DNA from: Octopus sinensis
Taxonomy: Eukaryota
Direction: 5' to 3'
DNA: 64,000 nt
Assembly: GCF_006345805.1 (NCBI RefSeq)
Contig: NC_043004.1
Span: 48,732,001-48,796,000 of the forward strand
Shown: positions 20,638 through 34,785 of the stretch, piece after piece
Numbering within the stretch: position 1 is the first letter of the stretch
Layout: every line of letters starts with the position of its first letter
The notes under the pieces: model-generated
What the model was told of the DNA's origin: nothing
The model's input: the letters and a program-made list of their open reading frames with translations, nothing else
The model's database searches: none
Translations under genes and position numbers: made by a program

Positions 20638-21048
20638 CGGATCTTTTCGGTTTGAATGGCAGTTTTTAACATAATTTCTAGGTAACTGAAAAAATTTAAA
20701 CTTTATATACTGGTAGAATGTTGTTTATAAAACATCTTTTCCTCTTGGCTTTATTGAGAAATTCTAGAGTTTGTAAGATATTTGTTGTTTTTTTTCTTCA
20801 ATTTCTGCAATTTCAACCTATTAATGACCTCCATTGAGGAAAAAACATTCTGTGCTGTATGAATATGTCCCTCATTTAAGAAACAGATTGGGTTTTTTTA
20901 CATTTGTGAAGAAAAAAAAGATATCCTTCCCCCACCCCTAACCCTAAACAGATTGAAATGCAATAGATCGATACTAGGGTCATAATTATGGGTGACAATT
21001 TCATATGACACCGCTAGAAAAAACTGCCGTTCAAGCCAAAAAGATCCC
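20638..21048. mobile_element. second full CGGATC-TIR MITE, 6-bp TSD (ATTTTT), internal (CCCTAA)2
   Basis: Colinear with 15641-16058; ATTTTT at 20632-20637 and 21049-21054. Confidence 0.88.
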
Positions 21049-21217
21049 ATTTTTCTACCTGAAAAATTGATTAACTCCTTTAATAACAACCTGCCTGTCC
21101 TTGGTTCTATAATACAAAAACTTACTGCTTTAAAGGAATCTAAATTAAAACTTTCCATCAAAACTTAATGTTAATTTATTTTACAAACACTAGCTTAATA
21201 ATGATATTGTTGATCAT

Positions 21218-22490
21218 TATCATCGTTTAACATCCGCCTTCCATGCTAGCATGGGTGGGACAGTTTCACAAGCCAGCCAGGCAGTAGCCTGCACTAGACT
21301 TCTGTAAGTGTTTTGGCAGGATTTTTACAGCTGGATGCCCTTCCTGACATCAACCACTCAGCAGAGTGGACTTAGTGATTTTAGATGCCACAAGCACAGG
21401 CGATGTCAGTTTTGGCAAGGTTTTTACAGTTGGATGCCTTTCCGAACACCAACCACTTTACAGTGTGGACTGAGTGCTTTTAAGTGGCACCTGCACTGAC
21501 AGGGTCACCAAGTAGTTGCAAGACAAGAAAAAAAAAAACTTTCAAGAGGGGAGGAGGTGATCTTGTGTTGGATGATGAAAGGTGATAGTGAGACAGATAC
21601 AGGTGCCTTGCTGTAAAGGAAGTACAAAGTTACTTGGATAGAGAGAGAGAGAGATCAGGAATGGAGACAGATGTGCTACTGCAAAGGAAATACACGGTTA
21701 CTCAACCTGAGGGAAGTGCAGAAGAAGGAGAGAGAGAGAGTGGGTTACAGCAGGATAGAGATGGTGGCAAAATGCCAGGATTACTCACAAGGGATGGGGA
21801 TCAGAATATAAATGAGATATGAGAGAGATATAGGTGATGGCAAGTGCCTTGATGGTCAAATGTCATAAGTGGCAGGATATTGCAAAGGAAGTGTGATTAA
21901 AGAATGTGGATGTGGGGGAGTGAGTGGCGAAAACCTGGGTATATATAAAGTTGGCAGGGTGGCTACTGGATGGCAGTATACAGAAGAACAGAGCCGTGAG
22001 GACAGGATTGGGGAGTGAGAGTTAGGTATAGTGTATGAAGGAGGAAATGTGAGAAAGAGAAGAAATGTGGAGATGTAGATTGGGTTGTTGGGGTAGGGTG
22101 AAGGAAAAGTTTACTTGTTACATGTGGGTGGAACACACAGTTTGGGGGCTAGCAGAGAGTAATAATATAGTGAGATAGGGCATGCGGCTAGAACACTGGT
22201 TAGGGGTAAGCAGAGAGCAGTGATACAATGACACAGGGCCAAGAGGACAGGATTGGAGAGTGGGAGGTAAGCATAGTGCATGAAGTGGAAATGTGAGGAA
22301 GAGATGTAGAGACGTAGTTTGGTTTGTTGTGGTAGAGTGTGTGAGAAGTTTTCTTGTTAAGTGTGGGTGGGACACACAGCGCTTCTGGAACTCAGTTTCG
22401 CTGACGTAGGTGGGTCTTTTCAAGAACTTCATATTGCCAGACGTCACGGTCCATTGTCATTTCCTCTGTGAGGCCCAACTTCCTGAGATT
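21218..22490 (-). mobile_element. 5'-truncated RTE LINE: last codons of ORF2 plus a long pyrimidine-rich 3' UTR
   Basis: LRKLGLTEEMTMDRDVWQYEVLEKT at ~22400-22478 matches the C-terminus of the 13.4-15.1 kb RTE; same terminal GCATGGAAGGCGGATGTTAAACGATG motif. Confidence 0.75.
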
Positions 22491-23380
22491 TATTTTATTA
22501 AATTCTTCATTGTTTTGAAAATTGAAAACAAAGGCAATGTATTATCTCAACAAAAATATGGTCACAAAAGGCTTCATCATTAGGATAAATTATCACATGT
22601 GAACAACAATCATAATGTATGTCAGAGTTCCACCTTGGTTATAAATGTGTTTTTTTTAATGAGATTTTTGCTATTTAACGATACCATTTAACTAATATTT
22701 GTTTTTATAATTCAAGATACATTTATTTCTTCAGCACATTATAAAAGTGAAGAATTTAGATTGAATGAATAAATCAGCTTGTAATATGGCACCTATTTAT
22801 GACAAGGCATAGTCAAGTCATCGTCATTGGTAGAATTTAGCTTGAAATGAAATGAAATGTGTCTTGTACTCTCTTCAGTTTTATTTGGTCACTATTTACA
22901 AATTCTTCCTTGAATGTTATTGAGGATGTTTCAAGTTTATTATATTTACTGAATTTTAAATTAAAATATTTTTCACTTTGAATTCTTTCCGTTATTTTTG
23001 TTATTGTTTAATTTTTTGAATAGTCTAAAAACTGTCATTTATTTTTTTTAATTTTTAATTAATAATTTAAAGTCTGCGATATTCATAGTTAAATAGTTTC
23101 AAAAATGTCTATGTGACACTTCTACATTTAACAACCATTGTTTCATATGAAATTCACTGTTAGAATTAAATTGGACAAAAGACAATATTTTTTTTAATAA
23201 TTTCTAATTTCGTTTGGCTATTTCTAATTAATGGCTTTGGAATGGATAATAACTATTAGAAATTATTATTATTGATAATAGTAGAAACCTTACATTATGG
23301 TCAGATTAATTGTGTCAGATGATAAAGTCTGTGTCTTGTTCTCTCCATGTATTTGTCAACCTTCAATACATAATCTAAAG

Positions 23381-25295
23381 CAGTGGTACTCAAACTGAGG
23401 TCTGTGGTCCCCTAGGGAACCACAAAGTGATTTTAGGGGGATTGCAAAGGGATGCTGAAGTATCATGAAAACAGGTAGCTTGAGACAGTTAAAAAAATTC
23501 AAGACTTCCAGTTTTTTGCATGCCATCATCCTTTTTTGCCTTCGACTTCAAAACTCCATGCCACTCATACACACTCGTTTGCTAATCACACTTGGTGTAC
23601 TACAAGTGTGATTGGTTGATGGAAAAAATGCAGGTATAATGGTTGATTGTGCATATGCTGTCACTATTCTACACTCACATGATTCACCACTCCACTACTA
23701 CTAGCCCTGCATTTGCATGTCTCTCACTGTCATTTTCGTCACTGGTGCATGTTCTCGCATGACCTTGCCCTTTGCCAGACACATTTGCATCCTGCATGTT
23801 GGCAGGGCTTTATAAGCCATGGTTGTTTTTCGTGGCAATGTGTTCTGACAGAACTGTCATCTTAATGGTTATCAATTTACAGAGATTTATCTACAAAAAA
23901 ACATAAGCTTTGGATTTCTTCCACAATTAATAGTGAGAGGTAAGCTTTATTGCTAATTGGTACACCCAAAAAGCTAGCTACAATAAGGCATATATGCACA
24001 CCTATAGTATATGATAAATGCAAAATAAATATTCCATGTAGTTATATTAAATTTGTTTACTGGATTTCATCTTTTTTTCTCAATGTCTCTCAAAAAAAAA
24101 AATGTGATATGACAAATCTTATTTGAAATTCAATTTTACTGTGATAAAATCTGGTAGAGAAGAGAAACCACAATATGTTTTGTGCTCTGAAATTTTGGCA
24201 TCTACTTCACAAAAGCCCAGCAAGTTAAAGAGGTACTTTGAAACAAAGCATCCCAGTTCAATAAAGATGTCAACTTCTTCAGACATGAAGCTGACAGATT
24301 GACGACATCCAGACTTGATGACACAGGAGTGTTTTTGTTGGACATTACAACTGGTTTGAAAGCATTCTACAAGGTTTCAAGGAAAATAGCTGTTGCCAAA
24401 AAAATCCTACAATATCAGCAAAGAGTTGATATTGCTTTCCTGCAAGGATACCATATGGAATGTGCTGAGAAGTTCTAAACTTCAGAAGCTGTAGTATGTC
24501 TCTCTCTCTCTCTCTCAAACAATACTGTAAGCAGGTGAATACCATTAGCTGTCTGATAACTTTCTGTCGCAAGTGGTCTCGAAGATTCACAATTCACTTT
24601 TTAACTTTTTCATGATTTAGCTTGATGAAATGACAGATGTTGCCGACTTAGTCCAACTTTGCGTCTATGTACATTATGTACAATAACAATCACCTGGAAG
24701 ACAAATTCCTGTTTTGCAAATCCCTCAGCACCAAAACAACAGCAAGGGAAATATTAAACAAAGTGGACAAATTTTTTGAGGCACACGATATCAACTGAGA
24801 ACATGTCCCTGGTGTGTGCTCCAAATGGCACTCTGGCAATGCTTGGTTGCCATTCCGGTTTTCAGACTTTGGTGAAAGGAAAATCTCCAGCTGCTATTGG
24901 TACACACAATTGATCAACCCATATTTTTATGTGTATTTATTGTTAGGAAGGGCATCCAGCTGTAGAAACACTGCCAGATCAGACTGGGCTTGGTGCAGCC
25001 TCCTGGCTTCCCAGACCCCAGTCGAACCGTCCAACCCATGCTAGCATGGAAAGCGGATGTTAAACGATGATGATGATGATGATTGTATCGCTATGGGGTG
25101 TTGCATGGATTAAGTTGTGGTTTTCAGGGTTGTGGGTCTATGGGTAGTGTGGTTCATAGTCTGGAAAACACAGTACATGAATGTGTGTCATTTTTTCCAA
25201 GTTAATTATCCTACATTTTATAAGGGACTGCAAATCATTGAAAAACTGTAAGGGGATCGATGTGTAAAATTTTTTGAAAAGTTTGAGAACCACTG
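23381..25295 (+). mobile_element. hAT (Charlie/Buster-type) DNA transposon, internally deleted
   Basis: TIRs CAGTGGTACTCAAAC / GTTTGAGAACCACTG; perfect 8-bp TSD ATCTAAAG (23373-23380, 25296-25303). Transposase remnants YDKSYLKFNFT..EKPQYVLCSEILA..KPSKLKRYFETKHP and LDEMTDVADLVQLCVYV. An RTE-tail fragment is nested at ~24940-25085. Confidence 0.93.
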
Positions 25296-25359
25296 ATCTA
25301 AAGTGAGACAAACATGGGAGAAGCAAGGCACCAGTTTTATCTTCTGACACAGTTCTACT

Positions 25360-26060
25360 CTATCTTATCCTATCCCTTGACCATATGGTTGTTGGGGCAT
25401 TTAATGATGTTGCAACCAGATTTCACCACTTCTTTCAGCCTTCTGCTGCTCTGTGAGTTGTTGAAATTGAGGCCTGTCCACTCTTTGATTTTACAAGCCC
25501 ATCTTGTCTTTGGCCTACTTTGCTTTTGTCCACCTTTCACTGTGCCTTGCAGGATTGTCTTTGCAAGGCCAGAGCTTCTTGTGATATGGCTTTACCATTT
25601 CACTTTCCTTGTCTTTACAAATGTCAGCAGATCCTCTTGTGTGGTTCAATAGCCTGTGTTGTTCGCATCCTCACTTCGTTATTCATTCTTTCTATGAGAT
25701 TCTTAGAAGGTGTCTGTAGCATCTCATCTTCATTGCTCCTACTTTTTTTTTCCAGTTCCATTGTTAATGTCCAAGCCTCAAAGGTGTATAGAAAAATGGA
25801 AATCACGAGTGATCGCATCACTCTGACTTTTCTACAGAGCCTAATGTTCCTATCTTTTCAGATTTGCTTAGGTTTTGCAAGCACTGCCATTGCCTGTGCA
25901 ATTCGTGAAAGGATTCCTTGCCTGAATCCTTCATTGGTGATGATAGCTCCTTGGTATTTGAGCTTGCTGACAGTTTCTGTGTTTGTCCGTTCACTGTGGT
26001 GCATTCTGTGTTATTGTTGACCATGTTTTTGGTTTTCTCTGCTCTTATTTCCATGCTGTA
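25360..26060 (-). mobile_element. RTE/BovB-like LINE 3' fragment
   Basis: AEKTKNMVN, SLVISIFLYTFEAWTL; 3' end TGCCCCAACAACCATATGGTCAAGGGATAGGATAAG. Confidence 0.75.
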
Positions 26061-26993
26061 TGCTTTACACAGTTAGCCTGGTCATAATATCAAGTTTTTA
26101 GTATTATCAATAAGTTATTGATCCTGATACAACAAATTCTGACTGATTCCAGGACTAAACTGGAAACTTGAAATCAATGTAAAGATTTCAACAATAGGTG
26201 GGCAGTACTTTGACATTTGTCCATTACTTAAGCCAAAGCTTTTTCAAACTGAAATCATTATGAAATCTTAATGTAAATATACTTAAATAATTAAAAACTT
26301 CATAAGATGCAAGCATGGTTGTGTGGTGAGTAGTTCACTTCCCAAACACATGGTCCTGAGTTCAGTCCTGCTGCATGGACAAGTGTCTTCTATTATAGCC
26401 CTTGGCCAACCAAACCCTTTTGAGTTAATATGGTGGATAGAAACTGAAAGAAGCTCAGGATCCTTTGACAACAATGTAAACTTCATTTGATTGAGGTATC
26501 TTTGGCTTAACGAGTAGCTAGCAGATTACCCAGGTGTGGTCATCACTGAAAAATAAAAAAGAGTTCAAAGTCCTATGAATATGCATAGTCCTTTATACTT
26601 GTATAGTCAAGATCCATATTTTGTCTGATTCCTTGAACAAACATGAAATATAAGTACAACATTCATAAATTAGGAAAATAAAGTCAGAATATAAAAAAAT
26701 TATTTGGTACTGTTTATAATTCAATCTTTTCTCTATGTACATTCAATCAAACATCATAAATGAGTTTTGTATTAATGTGTATATTGTATATTTAGCTGGA
26801 GGTCACTCTGTAGGATATATTTTTCTTTTTCTTGCTTGCTTGAATACGATAATTCAAAAGAGATCTTTTTCACCAATTACTTTGCTAAGTAGCTACATTA
26901 GATATCTTTCCTAATCAGTGGTAAAATGGTTCTAGTATTCTTTCTCGGCTATATATAAGTTCTATAAGAACAATTGTTGTCAAAATCCCAATG

Positions 26994-27027
<34 letters not shown>

Positions 27028-27299
27028 GATCATTTATGGAGATGAGTATCACATTATTAACGTTGGAGCCACATACAGAAACGACAGTAACAGTGTACTG
27101 CAAATGTCTTCTCTTCATCCGTCATCGTTAGTATTAAAAAAAAATAATAATAAAATGGTAAAATGATCATGAAGAAGCTTTTTTGACAGACACCAACATC
27201 ATCTAGCATACATTGATATCACTTTACATGGTATGTGAATATGGTTAGATAGCAATATAGTCTTCATTGGAGCATTCATTTGCATTATTTTTCCCTAGT

Positions 27300-30200
27300 C
27301 GTATTAGCTGGGTACAGCGTTTGTGAGAGTTAACCATGTAATGTTCATAGTTTGTTTCATTTGGATGGGTGTTCATGCATACTGTCTTTGTTTCTCTTCC
27401 CTTTTTTCTTTTTTTTTTTTTTTTTGGACAAAATGTAGTTCCTCTACTTCTCTTTCAAACATTTAATTTTGGAGAGAATTTTTTGATGAAGTGTAGTTCC
27501 GTTGCTTTTCGGAATTTTGGGTCATCTCTTGAACATTTGTAAAAAAGGAAAGATTTTGAACTTTCCTTCACCACATATTTCTAGATTCTTGCTCAGTGGA
27601 ATCTTCTGCAATTCCTCTTGTCAGATGTGTTGTCTGTGGATTCTTGCATGTTGGTAGAGGGAATTGTTAGTTTCATCAATATAGTTTTCCTTGCAGTTGG
27701 GGCAACAAATGCAGTGTACAAGATTCTGTGTCTTGCAATTCATATTCGCATTCACTTTGAACAAGAATCTATTCTTGAATTTTATGTGGAAACAACTTTC
27801 TAAATATTTGAAGTTGTTGTTGTTGCATGTTCCACATCTGCTTTCTCCAGTCTTTTACAGAAAATCCTGATTCATTCTCTGATGTGAATTTTATTCTTGT
27901 GGGGTGTTTTTGAGATTTTTTGGTTGACATCTACTGTTTTGTAAGGGGTCTTTATCAATCAGAATTTTCATTCTGCTGCTTTGTCAACGTATAGGTAGGT
28001 TTGATTTTATGGCATGAAAGATGTTGGCTACCCCAGGATTGTGCATATTGATAAATGGAATCGTGTGTTCATTAATTTCTTCCTTTGCTGTCCTTAGTTG
28101 TGTGATGCTCAGCTTCATCACCTTTTTAATTCCATCATTTATTAATTCTAAGGGGTATTTCTGTTTTGTTAGGAAGTCTTTGAGCTCATTGAGTCAGATT
28201 TTGGTGTACAATCACTATACTACAGATACATCTTGCCATGTTGTATGGGATGTTCCTTTTGATGTGTGAGGGATGGTAAGAGTAGAAATTCAAATATTGG
28301 TGTGTATGCATTTTTTTGTAAAATATGTGACTGTGGAGTTGTGTATTTTCATGTGAATATCCAGGCATGGTAATTCATTGCACCTGAATTCTGTCATGAA
28401 TTTGATGGATGAGTGTGTTGAGTACATTATTAAATATTTGTAGGTCCTCATTTGATTTGTCGCAAAAGATGAAGTAGTCATCAAGGAAATGTTTCCACTT
28501 TTTAATGATGTATTTCTTTCAATCATGATTAAAACCTCTCTCTACCTCCCCATAAAGCTTTTCTTCCAAGTATCCCATGACTAGGTTAGCACATGCGGGT
28601 GCAAACCATGTCCCCATAGCCATGTCCTTTATCTGTCGATATGTTTTATTATCGAATCTGAAGGCATTTTCTTCTAGCACCAGGTATGAGACCTTGGTAA
28701 TGATGTCAGTTTTGAAGCATTCATTTATCTGTACTCTGTGTTTCTCTACCTTGTGTTTGACTGCTTCCAGGCCCCAAAATATGAAGTATATTGGTATAAA
28801 GATTGGTGATATCAAAGCTTGTAACTATAGTACCTTCTGGGACAATGGGTGGTATGTGCTGGAGGGAATCTATGCCATCCCATATATATATCTGGGTATC
28901 GATGGACATAGAGGTTTTAGGAGTATGTCAAAAAAAATGTCTCACTTGTTATGTTGGTGCTTGAGGTCCAGCAACTATTGGTCTCAGTTTGGCGTCAGTA
29001 GGTCTTAGTAGTTTTATGTATTTGTTCTCTGCTCATTTATGGCTCTCTGTATTTCAGAACTTTTATGGGTTTTGGGTAATCCAAAGAAATTGCTCTCCTT
29101 CATTATAGAGTTGCATAAATAATCTTTCTCCTTGTCTGTGAAGGAATCTTGGTACTCATTTTTTTGTGTTTTGATTTTATTCCTTATTGCTTCTTCCTGG
29201 TGCCTTGGTTCTTCCTTGTAGTACGTTTGGTCTCTTTACTCTTTACTCTTTTACTTGTTTGTCATTTGACTGCGGCCATGCTGGAGCATCGCCTTTTAGT
29301 CGTGCAAATCGACCCCCGGGACTTATTCTTTGTAAGCCCAGTACTTATTCTATCGGTCTCTTTTGCTGAACCGCTAAATGACGGGGACGTAAACACACCA
29401 GCATCGGTTGTCAAGCAATGCTAGGGGGACAAATACAGACACACAAACACACACATACACATGCATATATACATATATATATATATACATATATACGACA
29501 GGCTTCTTTCAGTTTCCGTCTGCCAAATCCACTCACAAGGCATTGGTCGGCCTGGGGCTATAGCAGAAAACACTTGCCCAAGATGCCACGCAGTGGGACT
29601 GAATCCTGAACCATGTGGTTGGTTAGCAAGCTACTTACCACACAGCCACTCCTGCGCCTATTAGTCTGTTAGACTTTCTAATATTTTATCTTTATACTAG
29701 TCTTTGTCCATGGTTACTATCACGCCTCCCTTATCGGTTTCTTTTAGGATGATTGACTTGTCATTCTTCAGTGTTAATAAAGCTTCTTTTTCTTCTTCAC
29801 AAAGGTTTTATTTTTGCATTTCCGGGTGCTTAGGGGAAATTTTGAAATTGTGTCAGTATATGCATCTAAATGTTTGTCCCCTTGCAGTGGGGGAAGTGGG
29901 ATTTATTTCTGACAAGTGATTCGTCATTTATATCCTTATTGCCAAAGAATTCTATAAGTTGGGGGTGGCAGTTAAAATGCTCAGTATCAGCTTTTAGTTC
30001 AATGAATATTAGGGGTGGGTGTCGGGGTAAATTCGAAACTTTACAATAGGAGATTCATCTCATTCTTGTTGAGGTTTCTATTTGACAAATTTATGGTTTT
30101 CGGGTCAATTATTTCTGTGTGTTCAATAAAATTTTCTGTCTGTTGCATTGGGTCTGATGAGTGATTGTGGTATTTTCTCCCTAAAAAGGGAATTGTATTA

Positions 30201-30400
30201 CTGTATTTCCATTTTTTGTTGTTTCTAGGGTTCTGGTTCCCTCATAGAAGAGGGGATGGTCCATGTTCTTTGTACATATTTCATTGTCTAAAGGTTCTGT
30301 CTTCTTCCCAACTTCAATGTTTATCGGGCCATTCAGGATGTATTGGATTGTTGGTCATAAATCGTAGGTTTCTTCAGTTTCCAACATGATTATTCATATT
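27300..30400 (-). mobile_element. second Penelope-like element, decayed, interrupted by a CORE SINE
   Basis: RT VTSFDITNLYTNI, MAMGTWFAPACANLVMGYLE and LPCLDI; GIY-YIG QNLVHCICCPNCKENYIDET..IHRQHI at ~27620-27770. Confidence 0.85.
29232..29658 (-). mobile_element. full-length CORE-type SINE
   Basis: Reverse complement nearly identical to the 12036-12425 copy. Confidence 0.88.
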
Positions 30401-30679
30401 ATGGTTTCTGTGCTGTGCATATTTTACTTGTCTTTCATCCATCTAGAGTACTTGGTATTATGGGTTGGCGGTTGTTTGTATATTACTTGTCTTTCTTCTT
30501 TTTTCCCCTCATGTACTCATCCATCTAAGGTATCTGTTATTATGGGTCGATGGTTGTCTTCTATATTCCATGTGTTTGGTTATTGCAGTGTTATATTTTG
30601 GTATTGCAGAATATAGGTTTCTAGTCTGCACTTGGGGTGAACTGGAGGTCATCTCTGCATATATTCTTCTCAATCATCA

Positions 30680-31070
30680 TCATCATCATCATCATGTAAC
30701 GTCCGCTTTCCATGCTGGCATGGGTTGGACGATTTGACTGAGGTCTGGCGAACCAGACTCCAATCTGATCTGGCATAGTTTCTACAGCTGGATGCCCTTC
30801 TTAACGCCAACCACTCCAAGAGTGTAGTGGGTGCTTTTACGTGCCACCGGCATGAGGGCCAGTTTGGTGGTACTGGCAATGGCTACGTCCAAATGGTGCT
30901 TTTTATGTGCCACCTGCATAGGAGCCAGTCCAGCGGCACTGGAGACGACCTCGCTTGAATGTTTCACGTGCCACCAGCACAAGTGCTAGTAAGGCGACGC
31001 AGTATCGATCATGCTCAAATGGTGTGCTTAACGTGCCATCGGCACTAAGGCCGGCTTGTTGCTCTGGCAG
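30680..31070 (-). mobile_element. RTE 3'-UTR fragment
   Basis: (CAT)n tail plus GGATGCCCTTC..GCCAACCAC and GTGCCACCGGCA repeats. Similar fragments at ~32770-32950(+), 33445-33770(-), 35945-36110(-), 41860-42075(-), 47380-47762(+), 57240-57410(+), 61350-61450(+) and 63815-64000(-). Confidence 0.8.
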
Positions 31071-31914
31071 CAATATATATATATATATATTCATATTTAT
31101 ATTTATTTATATAAATATATATATATTGATTGATTGATATTTTATCTAGGCATAGCAATATTGATAACCTGGTTTTAAAGTTCACCATATATATACTTCA
31201 GAACAAAGTGTCTATTGAGTAGAGAGCAGTAATAAGGAATTGAAATAAAGTGCACTTCATGTTTGAAGCTCTGATGAAGCTATAAGGTGATACTCAAGCA
31301 TTCAACTATTGAGTGCATTGCATGTTGTGGCAGAAACAGATGTAAGCTAATGAAGTTCATAACATAATTGTTTATACCTTTGTCATTCTAATTCCTTTTA
31401 AATATATAATTTTACATCTACATGCACACAACTAGGCCCCACACTCAATCTACTCCTTTCAAACCTTCTCCATCATTCTTTTAACCCTGGCATTGTTCAG
31501 CCACTCTAATTTTATGAGAGCAGATCTGTGTATTTTGTACCCCTGGAACAATTTCCTCGTGTCACCCACTCCCCATTCTCAATATCATTTCATCCCAATT
31601 TATTCTCTGAGTCGTCACCACTTTGGTGCCACCTGTTATTTCTACCTTTTCCCCTGAGCTACATTTCATAATTGCAATATCTCATTCTTAACACCCTCTC
31701 GAATCTATAACAAATTACACCTCTTTGTTCACCACTCACTATATCTGCTTTTAAGTATTTCTGATCTCCATCTCTGTCACTGTACTTCTCTCTCTCTCTC
31801 TCTCCACAAACGCACTCCTTCACTCACCAACTCCAACATATCAACCCCACCGCCTTTTCACATTTACTTACAGCTTTTTTTTTATTCTACTGCTCTCCAC
31901 TTTTTTTATACTTA

Positions 31915-32146
31915 TTTCTTTATTACCCACAAGGGGCTAAACATAGAGGGGACAAACAAGGACAGACATAGATATTAAGTCGATTACATCGACCCCAGTG
32001 TGTAACTGGTACTTAATTTATCGACCCCGAAAGGATGAAAGGCAAAGTCGACCTCGGCGGAATTTGAACTCACAACGTAACGACAGACGAAATACCGCTA
32101 AGCATTTCACCCGGCGTGCTAATGTTTCTGCCAACTCACCGCCTTC
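31915..32146 (-). mobile_element. full-length GGCGGCGAGCTGGC-head SINE
   Basis: Colinear with 46155-46398; tail CCCCTTGTGGGTAATAAAGAAAT. Confidence 0.88.
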
Positions 32147-34785
32147 TATACTGCCACACATCACTGCTCCCCCCCTTCCTGAGCCTCTTCTATTTCATAT
32201 CCCTTCCCCGCTCAACTCATATTTACCTTTTTAACCATGCTGTCACTCTTATTCACCATTCACTTTTACTCCTATCTCTAACCAATTGTCCTGCCCTTCT
32301 CACACTCTTGCGAACTTATCTACACAACCTTTTCTACTTTCTGACACCTTATCATCACCATTTCGTCTCTCCTGCTACTCCTGTTCACTATTGTATTATG
32401 ATATTGCTAGCTATCTTGCTTGACCATCTAATAGTTCTATCAATCCACTGCCCAGGATTGGTACTATGAGGCTGTGAGTAAAAATCTATGATGATATGAT
32501 TATGTGTGTGTTTGTTTAGTAGTTTCTGAATACAAAGCAGACATAGATACAGAAAATTCTCTCATTCTTTCTCACACATGTACATATATTATAGACTGAT
32601 CTTGACTACTTGTCTTCCTAATCATTATGTCTTGCTGGACATGTAGTGATTGTTGCCCTGGATCAGACTACAGATGTACTATCTGCTCTCTCTCTCTCTC
32701 TCTCAATTCTACATAGGTTTTCTTTTTTTACTAGAATCAGTTGATCACATGTTACCTCCACTTGGGTTAGTCAAAGCACCCACTGCACTCATGGAGTGGT
32801 TGGCGTTAGGAAGGGCGTCCAGCTGTAGAAACACTGCCAGATCAGACTGGAGCCTGATGCAACCTCCTGGATTCCCAGACCCCGGTCGAACCGTCCAACC
32901 CATGCTAGCACGAAAAACGGATGTTAAACGATGATGATGATAATGATGATGAACTCCCCTTCATCAACCATCTTTTGTACATCCCTTCCCCATAGCCAAA
33001 CTTATCAAGAAGCCTGATCCTTCCGCAACAGAACATCAACCCTTTGGAATTTTCTCCTGGCTATTTATCTCCTGCAATCTTTAATATGCAGATTTTGAGA
33101 TGATGGTTACAGCCTATAACCAAACCTGCAACCCAAACTTCCAGCCAATGCCATTAAAAATGGCAGAGGGCCAAACAACTATGCAAGACTTACTTTCAGT
33201 TATGCCATGGTTTCATTTAACCAAGGGCCATACTGCATATTCCAGCAAGCATTATTGAAAAGAATGAGTGTGTTTGACAGTCTTGACATTATTTTCTTAC
33301 CATAAATGACAGAATACAAAGTTGAAGACAAAGGGGTCAATGAGTGTAACATACATTTGTTGAAAGCAGCAATACCGAACAAAGTGTTACAGGCCTAATA
33401 GATGTGACAAAGATTTAATGAGTGACACACTGCTAAGGAGCTAATGTCATCATCGTCATCATCATCATCATCATCATCGTTTAACGTCCGCTTTCCATGC
33501 TAGCATGGGTTGGACGATTTTGACTGAGGGCTGGCGAACCAGATGGTTGCACCAGGCTACGATCTTGACTTGGCAGAGTTTCTACAGCTGGATGCCCTTC
33601 CTAATGCCAGCCACTCTGAGAGTGTAGTTGGTGCTTTTTACATGCCACTGGCATGGTGGCCAGTCAGGCGGTACTGGCAACGACCTCGCTCGAATCCTTT
33701 TACACATGCCACCAGCACAGGTGCCAGTAAGGCGACTTTGGTAACGATCACGCTCGAATGGTGTTACGTAAAAAAGAAAAAAATCACTTGTACTCAAGCA
33801 GTATGCCCAAAATTTTAAGTTGATGTTTCAAGTTTAATGCTTGAGATTCAATAGAGAAAGACTTAACACTGATTCACTGCTCTGAAATACTAAAATAATA
33901 GATGTTGATCAGAAAGGAAAGAAAGGAAACAACATGATTTGATAAAGGATATTGATCAAATATATACACATATATATAATTTGATAAAATCTCATTTCAA
34001 CTGAAACATTTAAAAAAAAAAATAATATTCTGAAATTAGGTGTTTTTTTCTCTTTGTTTTACTTGCTCTGTGGGTGTCTATTTTTTTTATACCTTCCTAA
34101 TAGATATCACAAAACAACTGTATCTATGGCAAGCTATCCATTAAATCCTTCTAGTATTGATTCTCTAGCATTGACTAGCAACGCTGCCTAGCAGTCTTTC
34201 ATAACAAGTTGTTGAGTGAGATTTTTATTTAAAAAAAAATTCATATTCAACGAAAGATAGTAGATCAGCAAAAATTACCTATTAGAAAGTATCAATGGGG
34301 TTGAAAATGTAATTCATCTATGGTACTATACTCCTTATTGTGCAATGAGTTGGTGAAACATGTGTATTTAGGTTGTATGATGTTGTAATAACTCTTTCTG
34401 CTATAGGCATAAGGCCTGAAATTTCATGGAAGGGACTTAGTAACATTGACTTTGTTACTCAACTGGTAATTATTTTATCAACCCTGAAAGGCAAAGTTAA
34501 TCATGGTAGAATTTGAACTCAGAGCATAAACCCAAAAGAAATGCTACTAATTTTCTTTTTGTCTGCTGTGCTAATGATTCTGCTAGCTTGCTGCCCTCAT
34601 TGTTCTTTTAAAAACATATAGAGACATTGGTTAGGAAAAGGAGGTATAGACATGGTTTGGTAGATGATGTATAAAAGAGACATAGTTTTGCAGATATGTA
34701 TCTTTCTTTTGGACTCATTAACACTGTAGATAAAGAAGGAAATAAACCTAAAATGTCTAAGTCTGTTATCTTGGAGAGAGTTAGT

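Noticed and set aside
31265-31305. Hammerhead-like CTGATGA-AGCT..GATAC
   Set aside because: GAAA core mutated and stems II/III do not pair; at best a decayed remnant. Similar weak cases at ~11535-11580 and ~27085-27125 (minus).
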